DNA from: Cenococcum geophilum
Lineage: Eukaryota
NCBI GenBank assembly: GCA_050273025.1
Contig: CP158635.1
Location: 16,988,001-17,052,000 of the forward strand
DNA: 64,000 nt
Reading direction: 5' to 3'
The position numbers and the translations under genes are program-made. Shown piece by piece: positions 21,625-34,530 of the stretch (positions are counted from its first letter, which is position 1; each line of letters begins with the position of its first letter). The notes beneath the pieces are model-generated. The model saw only the letters and a program-made list of their open reading frames with translations, did not search any database and had not been told where the DNA came from.

Positions 21625-24018
21625 CTACCAACTCTCCCCCATCCCCACATACGCCCCCGCGTCAAGCGCCGGAACACTAAACCCATACCCATCCGTCCTG
21701 CCCTTGCGATCCTTCGGCGAGATCTCCACCCTCAACGTAACATCGAGGCCATACGCGCCACAAAGCCCCGTTGCGCTCAGCCCCCCCGCCGCGGGATGTC
21801 TCGTGCCGGCGCTCAGCTCCCCGCTATGCATCGGCTTGCGCGCGTTCGCCTTCGGGGCCAGCGGGGCGGAGGTAGGGGCGCCGTAGACGAGGCCCTGGGG
21901 CGCTTCGGTGGCGGTGGCGGTGGCGTCGCCGTTTGCAGTGGTGGTGGTGGTATCCGTGGGGGTAGGAGCGGGGGTAGAGGACGCGGCGGAGGAGGGGTCC
22001 GGATGCGACTCGGCGATGATGGCGTAGTTGCGGCTGGGCATCGTGGCGTGATTCTTGTCCGCCGTCTTGCGCTCGGCCTTGGGGCCATTCGGCGCACCTG
22101 CACCCGCACCCGCACCGTTCGCCTTCTCGCCAGTTCCACGGCCCGGGTCGCGGTCGAACAGCTCGAGCAGCGTCTCGTCGGTGTCGTGGTCGAGGTGGTG
22201 GATCTTGTTGCGGCGCGCTAGCAGGTTCGCGACGGCCTGCGGCGGCGGCTTGTTCGTGATGGCTGAGCTGATGATGTTGGGCATGTAGCGCCAGTCGCGC
22301 TCGGCGGGGATGCCGAGCTTTGGGTTTGAGTAGAAGCGCCCGATCGCCGCGAGGTGCACGTCGCCGCCCAGGATCGTGACGCGCACCGAGTGCTTCTTCG
22401 CCAGCGCTTGCAGCCTCAGGATCAGCTCTTTGCGCTCGTGCTTGTGCTGGTGCGCCGTGTAGTGGTCGTCCAGGTCATCGAGGAGGTCAACGTTGCCGTC
22501 GAAGTGGTTGAAGAAGCCACCCGCGAGGCCGAAGCGCTTGTTTAGGAAGCGGATCGGGCCGATGATTGGGGAGGTGAAGATGTTCTCGAGCCATTGGAGG
22601 CGCGGATACGCGATTGGGACGCCCAGAAGTAGGATGAGGTGCTTGATTTCCTTGTTGGCGGCGAACTCGGCTGTTAGCCGGTTGAATATCAAATCGTATG
22701 TCTCTGGGTAATTTATCTGATGCCGGGTGCGTTCTGTTCGCGCATCGATGCCGCAGAAAGCGACGTGAGCACCGAGTTGGCAGTAGAGACTGCGGCTACG
22801 CTCTTCAACATATGGCCCGGGCTTCAATCCAACGATAAATGATGGGTCTACGACGTCCTCGTTCATTACGAACGTACTTTGCATTTGGACTGGGTCAGCG
22901 GGGGTACCGTCGGCATCTGGGTTTACTGTCTTTGGTGCATCTGTAGTGAACGTGCTCTTTGGTGGGGGAGTGTGGTGTTGGAATAGAAGATAGTATTTAT
23001 GTGCCACGCCGCCAATGCCACGGAATACGGCACATCTCATAAAATGGTCCGTGTAAGAGCCGAATCCATCTATGATGTCGTGGTCATCCCAGATGTTCAG
23101 CTGTGGAATTTGTCCGTTCGCGCTGGAGAAGGGTTTTGCGCTATACCAACGCACGTAGTTGTCGAAATAGTATTCATCGCATTTGGTACGCAGGTCTTCA
23201 TTGAAAGGAAACTCTCGGCGTTTTTTAGGGTTCCCAATACCCGTCCAGGAGCGGAGCGGGCCCTCAACTCGCACGCCGTCATTATATATCTGGTCACCTC
23301 CGCCGATCATGACATGGAAAGGCTTCTGCTCGTGCATCCGAAGTACATCGTTCCAGAGAGCAGGGCCAGACCAGGCATCCACATCAGTACCCACGCTGAA
23401 GCCATTACATGAATGGAAAAGTATCCTCATGGACTGGGAAATAGACGGGACGACGAATACTTGTGTATCCTTCTTCTCCAGCTTCTCCGAAACATACGAT
23501 AGGTTCTTAACATGATATTCCCACTTGGCCTCAAATTTCTGAAAGGGTAAATCGATCTGGAATCGCCAGAAAGCCTTTTTTAGGTCCTCGTATAATTTCT
23601 CACCCTTGAAGGTCCTCGGCCTGGGACCGGAAAAGAGGCCTTTGCCGCCCTCGTCGGCTGCAACAGCACCAAGTGGTCGCAGAGCAAGCTCGGGACGTGT
23701 TTGGCCTGGCGTGGTGACAACCAATACGCTTCCATGCCAATTGGGTGTGCCTGAATTGCCTTTGCTCATCCGCTTATAATTCAACAGGGGTCCGCAAATG
23801 ACCTCGAGCTCTTTTGTGCTCATGACCTGTGGTCCGGTGCCAACACCATGTATTCCATTCTGCCCATTGTGCGCAACGACTCCTTGGGTGGCCTTTGGGT
23901 GGACTGCAGGGTCGGGGGATATGCTCAGATCTTGACCGCGGATTGGGATGTCGGTCATTGCAGCAACTGCGGCGCCGTTAGTTGTCTGATGGCCATGAGC
24001 ATCGCGCTGCTCAGACAT
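21625..24018 (-). CDS. PhoD-like (alkaline phosphatase D family) metallophosphoesterase-domain protein, 797 aa, intronless
   Basis: FHSCNGFS, GGGDQIYND, IWDDHDIIDGFGSY, D.RTER, GGDVH motifs. Confidence 0.85.
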   Translation of the reverse strand: MSEQRDAHGHQTTNGAAVAAMTDIPIRGQDLSISPDPAVHPKATQGVVAHNGQNGIHGVGTGPQVMSTKELEVICGPLLNYKRMSKGNSGTPNWHGSVLVVTTPGQTRPELALRPLGAVAADEGGKGLFSGPRPRTFKGEKLYEDLKKAFWRFQIDLPFQKFEAKWEYHVKNLSYVSEKLEKKDTQVFVVPSISQSMRILFHSCNGFSVGTDVDAWSGPALWNDVLRMHEQKPFHVMIGGGDQIYNDGVRVEGPLRSWTGIGNPKKRREFPFNEDLRTKCDEYYFDNYVRWYSAKPFSSANGQIPQLNIWDDHDIIDGFGSYTDHFMRCAVFRGIGGVAHKYYLLFQHHTPPPKSTFTTDAPKTVNPDADGTPADPVQMQSTFVMNEDVVDPSFIVGLKPGPYVEERSRSLYCQLGAHVAFCGIDARTERTRHQINYPETYDLIFNRLTAEFAANKEIKHLILLLGVPIAYPRLQWLENIFTSPIIGPIRFLNKRFGLAGGFFNHFDGNVDLLDDLDDHYTAHQHKHERKELILRLQALAKKHSVRVTILGGDVHLAAIGRFYSNPKLGIPAERDWRYMPNIISSAITNKPPPQAVANLLARRNKIHHLDHDTDETLLELFDRDPGRGTGEKANGAGAGAGAPNGPKAERKTADKNHATMPSRNYAIIAESHPDPSSAASSTPAPTPTDTTTTTANGDATATATEAPQGLVYGAPTSAPLAPKANARKPMHSGELSAGTRHPAAGGLSATGLCGAYGLDVTLRVEISPKDRKGRTDGYGFSVPALDAGAYVGMGESW

Positions 24019-25015
24019 GTCGCACTAATTATGCGAAAATTTGGTCGTTGACACGTCTACACTCGGGGTGTTCAAGACATTACCGGACGTAAAGGAGGAG
24101 CGGTGGCTGAGTCCGGGGAGCTGCGCCGCAAGGGAGAGTGGTGTTTACAGAGAGATGGGAAGCTTGAAAAGGAACGGCCCGTTGGCGGAAAAAAATTGTT
24201 GGAAATCAGAAAAGAGAAGCACGAAGGTTATTATGTCCTAGAGATGGAACAAATAAGCTAACAGATCATGCGGATGGATGGAATGGGCTTGAATGGGGTC
24301 TAAAGGAGCGTTGAAGTCTAAGTGGCTGTCGTTTCAGGATCTGGCAGGGGAGCTGAACAGCGACATGCGTCTGCCAAGAGGGCCAAGGGCCGCTAAGTGC
24401 TTAGATGGCATGATGATCGCCACAGTTTATTTCGCATTTGAATCACAGAGCGTAGGGGAGAGCAGGAGAGAGCACATCACCATTATTTGGTGTATGGCTC
24501 TTTTGGAGTTGGGACAACAAACACTAGGGGAATGGTTGTTCGTAAAGGAATTTATCATCAATCAGAGCGGGCCTTCATTGGCTGGGGCAGAAAATGCTAG
24601 GAACCCTTTGTTTTGCTGCGACATCATCTCTGGTCCAAGCTCCATCTCAGTGCCACCTCATGCCGATGCGCCTGGGTCCGATCTATTAGTGCCGTAAACA
24701 AGTGGCTGGTGCGAATATGTGGCGTTATCCTACGCGTCTATCCAAGTGTCCAGCCATCTTTGCATCGCCACTGAGGGCCACGGCTTCACCGACATTTCCA
24801 TCCACATCCCACCTAAATCCCCAGCTGAAACTCGAAACAGGAAACAGATTGCTGCTAGGCTATCAATTGGAATTGTCTAGATGCAATGTACAAACTTCTC
24901 GTGATCAATTTGTGCTCATATCTTGTAGATCATGGAGATATCCCCAAAACGCCGTCCAATGTTATGCTCCCCCAGATGCTGAAATGCGTGTCCCGATCCT
25001 AAAAGCCAGCAGCAA

Positions 25016-26115
25016 TCAAGCCTCTTCCCCATTCTCAGGCAGCACATCCTCCGCACTTAGCCCCATCTCCTGCGCCACCCTCCTCACAACACCCTTCAGC
25101 GCCTTACACGCGGGACTATCAGGATACGCATCCAAGAAGCTCTCCCCATAATCGCACGCCATGCCAATCCTAGGATCCAGCGGCACGGCACCGAGGAACG
25201 GGATGCCCTGTGTCTCCGCCAACTTCCTCGCACCGCCGGTACTGGCCCTAAAGATCTGACTCTCGTGCTTACACCCGGGACACACGAAGCCAGACATGTT
25301 CTCCACGATCCCTAGAATCCTGATGCCCGCCTTGCGGCAGAAATCCACCTCCTTCCGCACATCCAGCAGACTAACCTCTTGCGGCGTGGTAATCAGCACC
25401 GCGCCGTCAACCCCTGCCTCCTTCAAAAAGCCATTGACGCTCAGATGCTCATCGCTCGTCCCAGGCGGCGTGTCGACGACCAAGAAATCCAGCTCGCCCC
25501 ACTCCACATCCTTCAAAAACGTCTTGATGAGCCCGTTCTTCTTCGGCCCGCGCCAGATCACCGCGTCGTCCCGATTCGGCAGCATGAACTGCACGCTCAT
25601 GACCCCCAGATTGTCCGTCACCCACACGGGGCTCCACCCCCCGGCACTGACGTGGATCGTCTCCTCCTCAACCCCCATCATCTTCGGGATCGACGGCCCG
25701 CAGATATCCGTGTCCATGAGCCCGACCGTCGCCGCCGGGTTGCTGGCGAAGCCGTGCGCCAGCATCGTCGAGAACGTCGACTTGCCCACCCCGCCTTTGC
25801 CCGACAGCACGAGCAGTTTGCGCTTCACGCCCGCGAGCCGCGCCGTGATGAGCGGGATGTCCGGGTCCGGGCCTTTGGGCGCCGAGGCGCAGATTTGCTG
25901 GTTCGGGCACCCGGCGCACGCGTCGCCTTTACCGGCTTGGAGGGACTCGGGCCCGGGACAGTGCTCTAGAGTGAAAGTGTGAGTGTCGCGTAGCTAGATT
26001 GTAGAAAGGGTGGCAAAGGGTGCTGCGTACCTGGTTCTGGCGCCACCAGCTTCGGGGCAGCTTTGAGAGGCGCCTCGAAGTCGATCTGGGTAGATTCTTC
26101 CAGCGAGGGTGCCAT
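25016..26115 (-). CDS. NBP35: Cytosolic Fe-S cluster assembly factor Nbp35; intron 25966-26030
   Basis: N-terminal CPG..S..AG...AC.GCPNQ.IC cluster motif, [11 protein letters not shown]-loop, [21 protein letters not shown]. Confidence 0.95.
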
Positions 26116-26406
26116 GGTGTGAGAAGGTGTTGGTAGGTAGGAGGAAAAGAATTGCGAGAAAGTGGGAGGGATTGGGAAAGTGTCGTAATCGATATTGCAT
26201 AGGGCTGGAAGTCTTGGCGGATTTGCCCCTCCCCTTTTGTGAGCCCAGCGGAAGAACTAAACGCCATGAGACCCCCTCTAATTACTGTGACAGTTGAGTT
26301 TTTTATTTCATTCTATATCATGCAATTCTATTTATGTTCGTGAGTACCACATTATTTCGTGAAACTCATTTCCAATAACCTAAACCGACCATTATGTCTA
26401 GCCACT

Positions 26407-29400
26407 CTACTTTCGCAGTTTCATCATCACATATGGGATCTCTACATCCTCGCCTGTTTGATCCTCAGCAGTGATCTCGAAGATTACATTCTTCTGGTGG
26501 TCTGGAATTGGCTTCCTGCTGATAGTCTCAACGAGGTCGCTCAGCCTAATCAGTTGTTAGCGTCCTGGTAAAAATCAAACGAGCAAACGGCTACTTACTT
26601 GAGCGGGAGCCTGTCCTTCAATTTGGCCGCTGGGTAGAAACTGGCATAAAGCAAGCTAACCCCGGAGCTGATCATTTGGATATCCAAGCCCTTTGTCTTG
26701 AAATCCTCAACGAACTGCTTCAGAGTGACGTTTTCGACCTCGAATCGATCCCATAGCTTGTCAATCTCGACCTCGCCATCAACTCCCATATATTTACCCT
26801 TAGGGCTAGCAATAGGCTCGCTGAAGCCAAAGAACGGAAGCGCTAAGTTGACGAAGCCGTTTTTGTACTGCTCGATATCCTTCTTACCATCGATGATCTT
26901 GTATAGTTCGAGGTTGACAAGACCCGTCACCAGCGCAGTCGTAGTTGCGATAGCAGGAATGATCTTTCCGGCAATGAACTTGGTCTTGTGTCGATCAGCT
27001 TGTGCAATCTTGTAATTCTCAGCACGCAAGTTGCTGGCTGCCGTGATGAAGTCGATGTGGTGATTCGTGTCATCATCCTTCTCGAACTCCACAACCTCAA
27101 GCTTGAAACCAGCAAGGGACTTTGGCGGAGGGAGCGAACTGGCTACCTTCGATAGCTGCTCGTTATCATCCATGCCCGACTGCTGCGCGTTCGGGTCCGG
27201 GTCGCTATCACTAGCCTGGATCCTAACTCCGGGATCTGGCTTGAAGTCAGGAATAATCATATCATTAAGAACCTCTAGATAGCGCTCCTCAGTCACGCCC
27301 TTGGAGTTGATGTTGTAGTTGAATGCATGGAGATTTGCTGCCGCCTCAACGAAGGTGAAATGAGTAGGATTTGTTGGGTCGAACTTGAGTGGATCTGGCG
27401 CACGCTTCGGCCCGCTCCAGAAGGGCTGTCCACTGGACGTGGCAGAGTCCTTCGGGAAGTTGTATAGTAACTGCTGAATTGCATTGTTGTATTGCTTTTC
27501 GAATTGGTAGCGCGCCCAGGTGATGCAGTCATCAAATGTCAAAGGCTTCTCCGTAACCAGGAAGTCACGAAGAGTCTCCAGCGTTTGTTTTTCGTTTCCG
27601 GATTGTTTGAGCGCAGACTGGAGGTAGTTTGGTTGCGTCAAGTAGAGATTCACTACCTCTGGAGGTCCAACGAAGAATGAGTGGAACAAGTCTTTGGCCC
27701 AAGCAATGGTGTGTTCGATGCGATTGGGAAAGCTCCTGAGAGTGCACATAGGGAAAGACTGCTCTGGGGGATCTTGTGATGATGAGTAAGACTCGGTGAT
27801 ATTTGGTAGGACAACCTGGGTATTGCCCTTTGTGCCAAGGGTACCACTATCCAGCAGAGATTTCCGGAAGAAGACGCATCGTCGATCAACATATGTCCTA
27901 GCCTCGACATTGTCCAATGCATTGGTAACAGAGTCCAACTCTTCCCAAAAGTTTTCATTGAAGACGTGCTCAGTGTCCTGCCCAACTTTGTCTTGCAGTG
28001 TAAGAATCTTTCCTTTCAGGTCAGGGTTCATGGCCTGCACTGCCTCAGCAGCGCATTCGCTCTTCAACTTCCCGACGTCTTTTGGCCTGAAGAGGAACTG
28101 TCTGTTCAGATTGCTCTTTTCGATGTTGTCGTTATCCGTCACAGTAATCTTTCCATTTGGACCTGTGGCTAGGCCGATCATGGCCCAATTCTTCAACATC
28201 TCACACCCGATGGCACCAGCGCCGACCAGAAATTCCTTCATGCTAGAAATCTTTTCCTGGAAACCCTCCCCGAAGACTGCGATCTGGCCGTCATAGCGGG
28301 TGCCAAGCGGTTTGCAGGTCTCTTCGGAACGCTGAACCGACTCGGGCAAAGATTCAAGGGAGTCGAAGTAAAGCCACTGAACGATTGGGTGGAATTTGCC
28401 GGAAACGGATTTGAGAACCTCTTGTGCTGCCAAACCGCCGAAAAAGGCGGCCATAGGGGTGAGATCACCACGTGCTTGGTAACTGAGCTCTTTGATGAGC
28501 TTCTCGTCAAGCTCGACTTTCTCGTCACCTTGACTGGCAAGGCCTTCTGCAAGCTTCAAGACCTCAGCCGCATCGGATTCGTTGTGGGCTCTGGGAAGCT
28601 CTCCATCGTGTTGTTCGGCAAAAGCATGGAGAGCCTGGAATCCAACGTGTAACTGTTGGGGCCGATCAAACTTCGCAAAATCTGAGATGAGGAGCTCTGG
28701 CTTCGCCAACTGTTTGCTCAGAGGTTCAAAGTCGATGAACTTTGGCATCTTGACCTGTGTATAGAGACCACCGCGCTTATACTCGCCAAGGCCGGAAACG
28801 TCGCCTATGGAGAACGTGTACGGGCCCTTAACTTGGATTTTACGAGGTGCGCAATCGTTGAGACCTTCCATACCCTGAACTTCGGAGAAAGTCACATAAT
28901 CACCATCCTCCAACCCATGCCTAGTCTCGTCAAGCGCCGATACTAGACCATCAGAGTCAACATCAGCCACGATACCGCTAAGCACGTTCTCTCCCGTGGG
29001 ATCGCCGCAAGTAAAGTTCTTGCCAAAATCCGTGAAGATCGATCCAAACAACCCAAATGTATCTGCAATAACAACGAATGTACCATTTTCGTGACAGTAA
29101 TCTGCGATTTTGGCTTGGTCCTCCAGTGGCGTGTCAGTGAGCACCACAACCTGGAACTGCTTCAACTCGCTTAGGTTAGAGGTTAAATCCGCGGCGTGAT
29201 ATTCTCGAACAGGTGTGTATGGGTTCAGCTCCGACACTCGTGGTACTGTAACGCTTGCCCGGGGTTTTCCCACATCTTCAGGGTGTAAGAAAAACTGAGA
29301 AGAGAGGTCTGCGATAACTGTAGGTTTAGGGTCGAAGAGAGTAAGGGATTTAACGCCAGCGAGCGCGATGTTCTTGGCAATTTCAACACCGAGTCCGCGG

Positions 29401-29743
29401 AGTCCAGCAACAAGTATGTTGGAGGACCCCATTCGTTTCATCGCCTCATGCCCAAGCACATAGAGTTGCCTACTGTATAAAGATTCGTCGATTTCTCCGT
29501 CGGCGGCTCGGAGCTGCTCAGCGGCAGCAGCAGGGCTGTCGACCTGCATATTGATGTCCTGCGAATATTCTGTGAGTACTCGGAAAGTGGTTATAGTTAT
29601 TGAGTGTTGAGTAGAGAGCACAGAAGCATGCAGATAAGTGTGCGATTTGTGGAAGGCAGAGGACCGGAAAGCTGGGGTATATGTATACGTGCTGGGCAGT
29701 GAAGGAGCACAGCTCTGTTAGAGGGGAGGCAACATACTGTCAT
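26407..29743 (-). CDS. UBA1: Ubiquitin-activating enzyme E1; introns 29559-29737 and 26546-26598
   Basis: [33 protein letters not shown], catalytic [20 protein letters not shown]-terminal EDVEIPYV. Confidence 0.97.
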
Positions 29744-30919
29744 GGCTTTCTTGTGTGGACGACCGAGGTCCTCACCAGATAGCCTTCTTTTCCCCAGCTT
29801 GCCTACTTCCGCGGGATTCTAAAGAGGTATGAATCGTGGCAATGGAACAACTGACTGAGTAGTGGAAGGCTAACGTCGGAATGACGTCGAGAGAGCTATG
29901 AGAGCTTCAAACGATGTGGTAGGTGATATGGCAACCTTTGTACAGCACAAAGGCGAACGTTATGAAAGAATGAAGGTGGAGTGAAGCTGGAGGGTTAGCA
30001 GCGGAGAGTTTGAGATGGTGTTGCGCTGACTGATGAATGGAGCTCTCCCGAAACAACGCTAATGACATCCCACCTCTTGGCATCCTTGCACTGCCACCAG
30101 GAACACAGCAGCGAGAAGCTTCTGTGCCGGCTTTGCGTCGCTTCGTATTCGACAAAACCGGCCACCTTGTGCTTATTTCCATGTCTTACAGTCTTGTGAA
30201 TAGGCAAAATGACATCACCCAAGGATTAAAAATCTTGGAGATAATCGTGGGAGAAGATTGATCAAGCCACCCCAGTAGTGAGCGGAGCATGCTCTGGAAA
30301 TATGTGGCCTAGCTCTGCTTTGTGCAGTCGTCGTATTAGGCTCCGCCAGGAACGATTCCTCATAATTAGCTAGCAGAGGTCAAGGGTTGCTAATAGGTTA
30401 ATCTAATCCAAGCGTCAAAAGAGGCTTTCTCCACAGACTCACCGGCCAACCTCTCTCTTGGTCAGGTATGAGAAGAACGGGAGATTCCACCTAATGAGCC
30501 TTTCCGGTCATACACTGCTAAGGAAAATGCCTTGGAAGACGATGAGCAGATATGAAGGTCAACATTTAATGCCGCCAAATTCTGGGACCGGGATTGACAC
30601 AGGTTTTAAAGCTACTACAAGGCAACGCTAAATAATTTAAATCTCCGAATGCTCTAAATACGCCGAAAAGACACGCCTAATATGGTGGTTTTCGAGGCAT
30701 AGTGGCTTGGGGTGAAACTGCAGTCTGCACCACCGAGGGGATCAGGCCTGCAGGCTCCAGCATTATTCGCTCGCGTACCAACATCAACACTAGGCGGCCT
30801 TGCATCTCTTCGTGCGGTGGTCATGTGAGTCATTATTTAAGAATACTCTCTGCTCATGAGGATGCAGACATTCTTTGTGTTAATGTTATCACTGCCAATT
30901 GAGTTCCGAAAGTGCTAGA

Positions 30920-32900
30920 ATGGCGTCTGCTACCATTGTGGAAAACTCGGAGACTGCCTCTGTCAATCCAATTTCTTTTGCTTCCCAAGGCATGCAAGAT
31001 GCTCCATCAGAATTGCTCGAAACTGCAAGTCAGTGGGCCGAGAAAATAAAGAATAATCTATTACTCGTATCCGAAATCGCAGATATCCACAAAGCAATCA
31101 TCAATGGTACGATACACATAGACGAAAGCATCAACGACGCGCCTCGCCGCCGGTCTGCCGATCCAGAGAGAGCAACTCTGGCAAGTTTGATATCACAGCT
31201 TCTCTATCCTGCGCCCAATGACTCCCTGGCACCTTTAATCAGGTACGAAGAGAACATAGTACTACTACGCAAGCTGATACTACAGCAACGGAAACACGAA
31301 ATCGAAGCTGCTACCATCCGTAACACTAGCGATGGTTGGGAAGTACGCGTTCGTAAACAGGGCCTTTGGAATCCAGTTGACGATCCTCTATCGCTGTGTG
31401 GTGCTCCAGCCGTACCCATGCCCGTTAAGATTTCTGACCACGATTCACTGGAACCCTTCTTCGAACATCTCCGAACCGGAGGCACGCAACTACGGACGTC
31501 CACTGCGTGGGCGATGAAAGATGCCGTCGAGATTAATGAGCCGGGCTATGACACACAAACTCTTGAATTTCAAAAGGGAGTGGTATATGCCGACGGTCGT
31601 ATGGATTTGTGCAAGATGGTCCTTGGGCCCCTGAATATTGAAGACTTGGTAACAAGCTTGAAGAGCAACACATTCGTCAGGCATTTCCTACTTGGCAACA
31701 ACCTTATTGGCCCACATGGTGCTAAATGCATTGCGGATTTCCTGCAAGAATTTCCGAATAGAATGGACACTTGGTATCTTGCCGGCAATTGCATTGACAG
31801 CACAAGCTTCAAACTTTTAGTAGATCAATGGATCCGGTCCTCTGCTGTTACAAATATCTGGTTAAAGCGTAATCCCCTAGGGCCCTCGGCGGCTCAAGAC
31901 GTATTCCGTTTGATTACTCAAACCCCCAACCTTCGGACCTTGGACCTCGACCAAACTCAGCTAGGAGATGTTGGCGTTGCTGCACTTTTCTCCGCACTAG
32001 CTAACTACGTACCGGAAAACCCCTTAGCCTTTCGCATTTTATATCTGAATGCTTCTGGAATTGGAGAGAAGGCAGCCTCCGCAATTGGGGAATACTTGGC
32101 ATCGCCACACTGCACAATATCCTCACTCTATCTCACGAACAATCCTCTTGGCTCCAGCGGAGTGATTGCACTGGCATCCGGATTGAGAATGAATAAGTCC
32201 CTTCTCAGGCTTACGCTTGCCTCGGTCGGGATGGATGACCGTGGTGCAATTGCATTGTGTGGTAATCTCCTTGCTCACCAGACGCTCATGACGCTGGATA
32301 TTGGACAGAGCTTTGCTACAGAAGATCTCGGCATGCGGTATGAATTAATAAGTGAAACTCCTTGGCTAAAGCATTGTTCGGCTAATATTACATAGTTATA
32401 ATTGGATCACTGACCATAGCGTACCTCCGATCAAGGGCATGGCAGAGTCTCTCAGTAGCCTCAAGTATCTGAATCTCGGATATTGTGCTCTAAGCAACGC
32501 AGGGATGAACGCTCTCTTACATTCTGTATCTAACTCTGCTATGCTTTATTACGACGCAAAAACAGTCCATCTTCAAGAACGCGACGTCGTCTCTATCAAA
32601 GCTGGCCAAGAGCATAAAAGGACATTAAAACTAGTCCAAAAACAGCTCGCGGCAAATGTCAGGAAGCACTTTGGGGAAGAAATGGACTACAACACTTTTA
32701 ACAACGAAGAGAAACGGTGGATTGTCAATGATAAGAAGGATATAAGAAAAATTAACAGCGTTTACCGCAATCGTGATGCAAATATGGCACGACGAGGATT
32801 GAAGAAATTGGATAAATGGTGGGATGAAGGTGACGACACATTGAACCAGGTCACGGCCTCTGGGCTTTCTTGCTCCTACCGCAAGCGTATCGCTGTCTAG
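30920..32900 (+). CDS. RNI-like leucine-rich repeat protein; intron 32338-32395
   Basis: ~28-aa LRRs (HFLLGNNLIG, TWYLAGNCID, IWLKRNPLG, TLDLDQTQLG, LYLTNNPLG) after a DGRMDLCKMVLGP cap; spliced junction MR|YNWITD. Confidence 0.85.
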
Positions 32901-33210
32901 GCCAAAGAATGACCTGTTATTCGGTGCCATTCTCCTTTCCAGGCACTAGAAAAACTTTTTTTGTACGCCTGATTACACACTCAGTACACTCGGGTTTACC
33001 AGCACAATCAGAAGTATTTATTTAATTCATTCAATCCTTTCTCTTCTTCTCACGTTACAATTCAACTAGATGAAATATCAGACTTGCCTTTGCCCTTCGC
33101 CACATATGTATCTACTGATTCACCCAGACCAGGAGGTATTGTCAATTCAGGTTGGATTTAGCCTATTACCCTACCCTTGACCCTGTTTCAGATGTATTAT
33201 ATACCCCCTG

Positions 33211-33229
33211 CCCCCCCCCCCCCCCCCCC
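33211..33229. repeat. Poly-C tract (19 nt)
   Basis: Homopolymer run. Confidence 0.9.
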
Positions 33230-33579
33230 TATTGTCTGCACCTACACTATGTATATATAACCTCTTTTCTTCATAGATCAATCTTTACACGAGTTCTTCC
33301 TTTCTTACAATCGGTGCACGGACTACCGATCGACAGGTATACTCTGACACGAAGGCTATAATGCTGAGTGGTTCCTTCACCTTTCAAATTTTTTTTCACA
33401 TATCTGAAGGAGTATTCGTTTGGCTAAATTATCAGCGGTCTTCTTCTCACAGTTATTCCCTGAGCGGGCCACGTCGCCATAAAGACGCTAAATCGATAAA
33501 CTCTTAATATATGAAGACGCCCTCACGCCATTCTGTTGTTGCATGATAAAAATCACATTCTACCAACTCAATTTGACTA

Positions 33580-34530
33580 TATTCTATATAATTTGGTTTA
33601 TATCGTCTATAAATCCTAGGGCTACTATTTCTTAATTATTATTATATGTTTTTAGTAGCTTAGATATAAAGAATAGGAATAGGATTAGCAATAGGGGTGA
33701 TCCTTATAGGATACCTATAGGTATTAGTATTATTTCGCTTTTAAAGCCCTTAAATACTATTTTAGTAGTACGTCCTATTAAAATAGCTTAGGTAAACTTA
33801 ATTATCTAGTTTAGTAGGCCCTTCTTTCTTAGGATTTGTAGGAGTCTTTTATATAATATATAGTTAAAGGCTCTGCTTATATTTAGGCTTAGTATAAATA
33901 CTACGCAGCCTAGACGGGCTTACTACGCCGCTTAGATACTAGAGGTAATTAGGGAGAGAGCTAAAAGGGTTAATCGTTTCTTTCTTACGCCTATTTGCGT
34001 CTATAGTAATAGCCCTTACGCCTTTACGGCCTCTTATATACGTTCTATAACTATCTTTTCTAAAAGCTTTTCTAGCGTATTTTTAAGGGCGACTAGTTAG
34101 TAGCTCCCTAAAAGGGAGTAGTTCTTTTTATTTACTTTTTATAGGACAACTATTATTATTTCTTTATAGTATTTTAGTAGCGTGCCTTTATCGAGGTAGG
34201 TAGTTACGGTATTAGCTAAGAGTATTATTACAGCTTTTAATACAGCTTTAATTACCTTATTTAGGATGCTATCTAGTTTAGCTGCTTTACTAATAAGGAG
34301 TTTCTATATAGCATCTTTTATTTTCTTTATTAAAACTATTTAGCTTATCTCTAGAGGTAGGGGGTAGCCTTAACTGCTAATATCCTATAGGTCCGCTTAG
34401 TACGCGCCTAGAAAGAATCTCTTTACTAGTATTTTTGCTTTTTCCCCGTTATTGTTTATATATTAGTTTTGTTTTATTTAGCGGAGTGCGGATAAATAGG
34501 GGTCTCTTAGCGTTTCCCCTATGGCTCTTT
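33580..34530 (-). mobile_element. RIP-degenerated Tad1-like LINE reverse-transcriptase fragment
   Basis: Minus-strand LSLNISRAF (LSLDISGAF), GIL*GSPLLLILFLFFI (GIPQGSPLSPILF), GFIDD; truncated at both ends. Confidence 0.8.

Noticed and set aside
8366..26115. Idea of a metal/iron gene cluster (hemerythrin, PhoD-like, NBP35)
   Set aside because: The genes are dispersed among unrelated housekeeping genes; no evidence of co-regulation.
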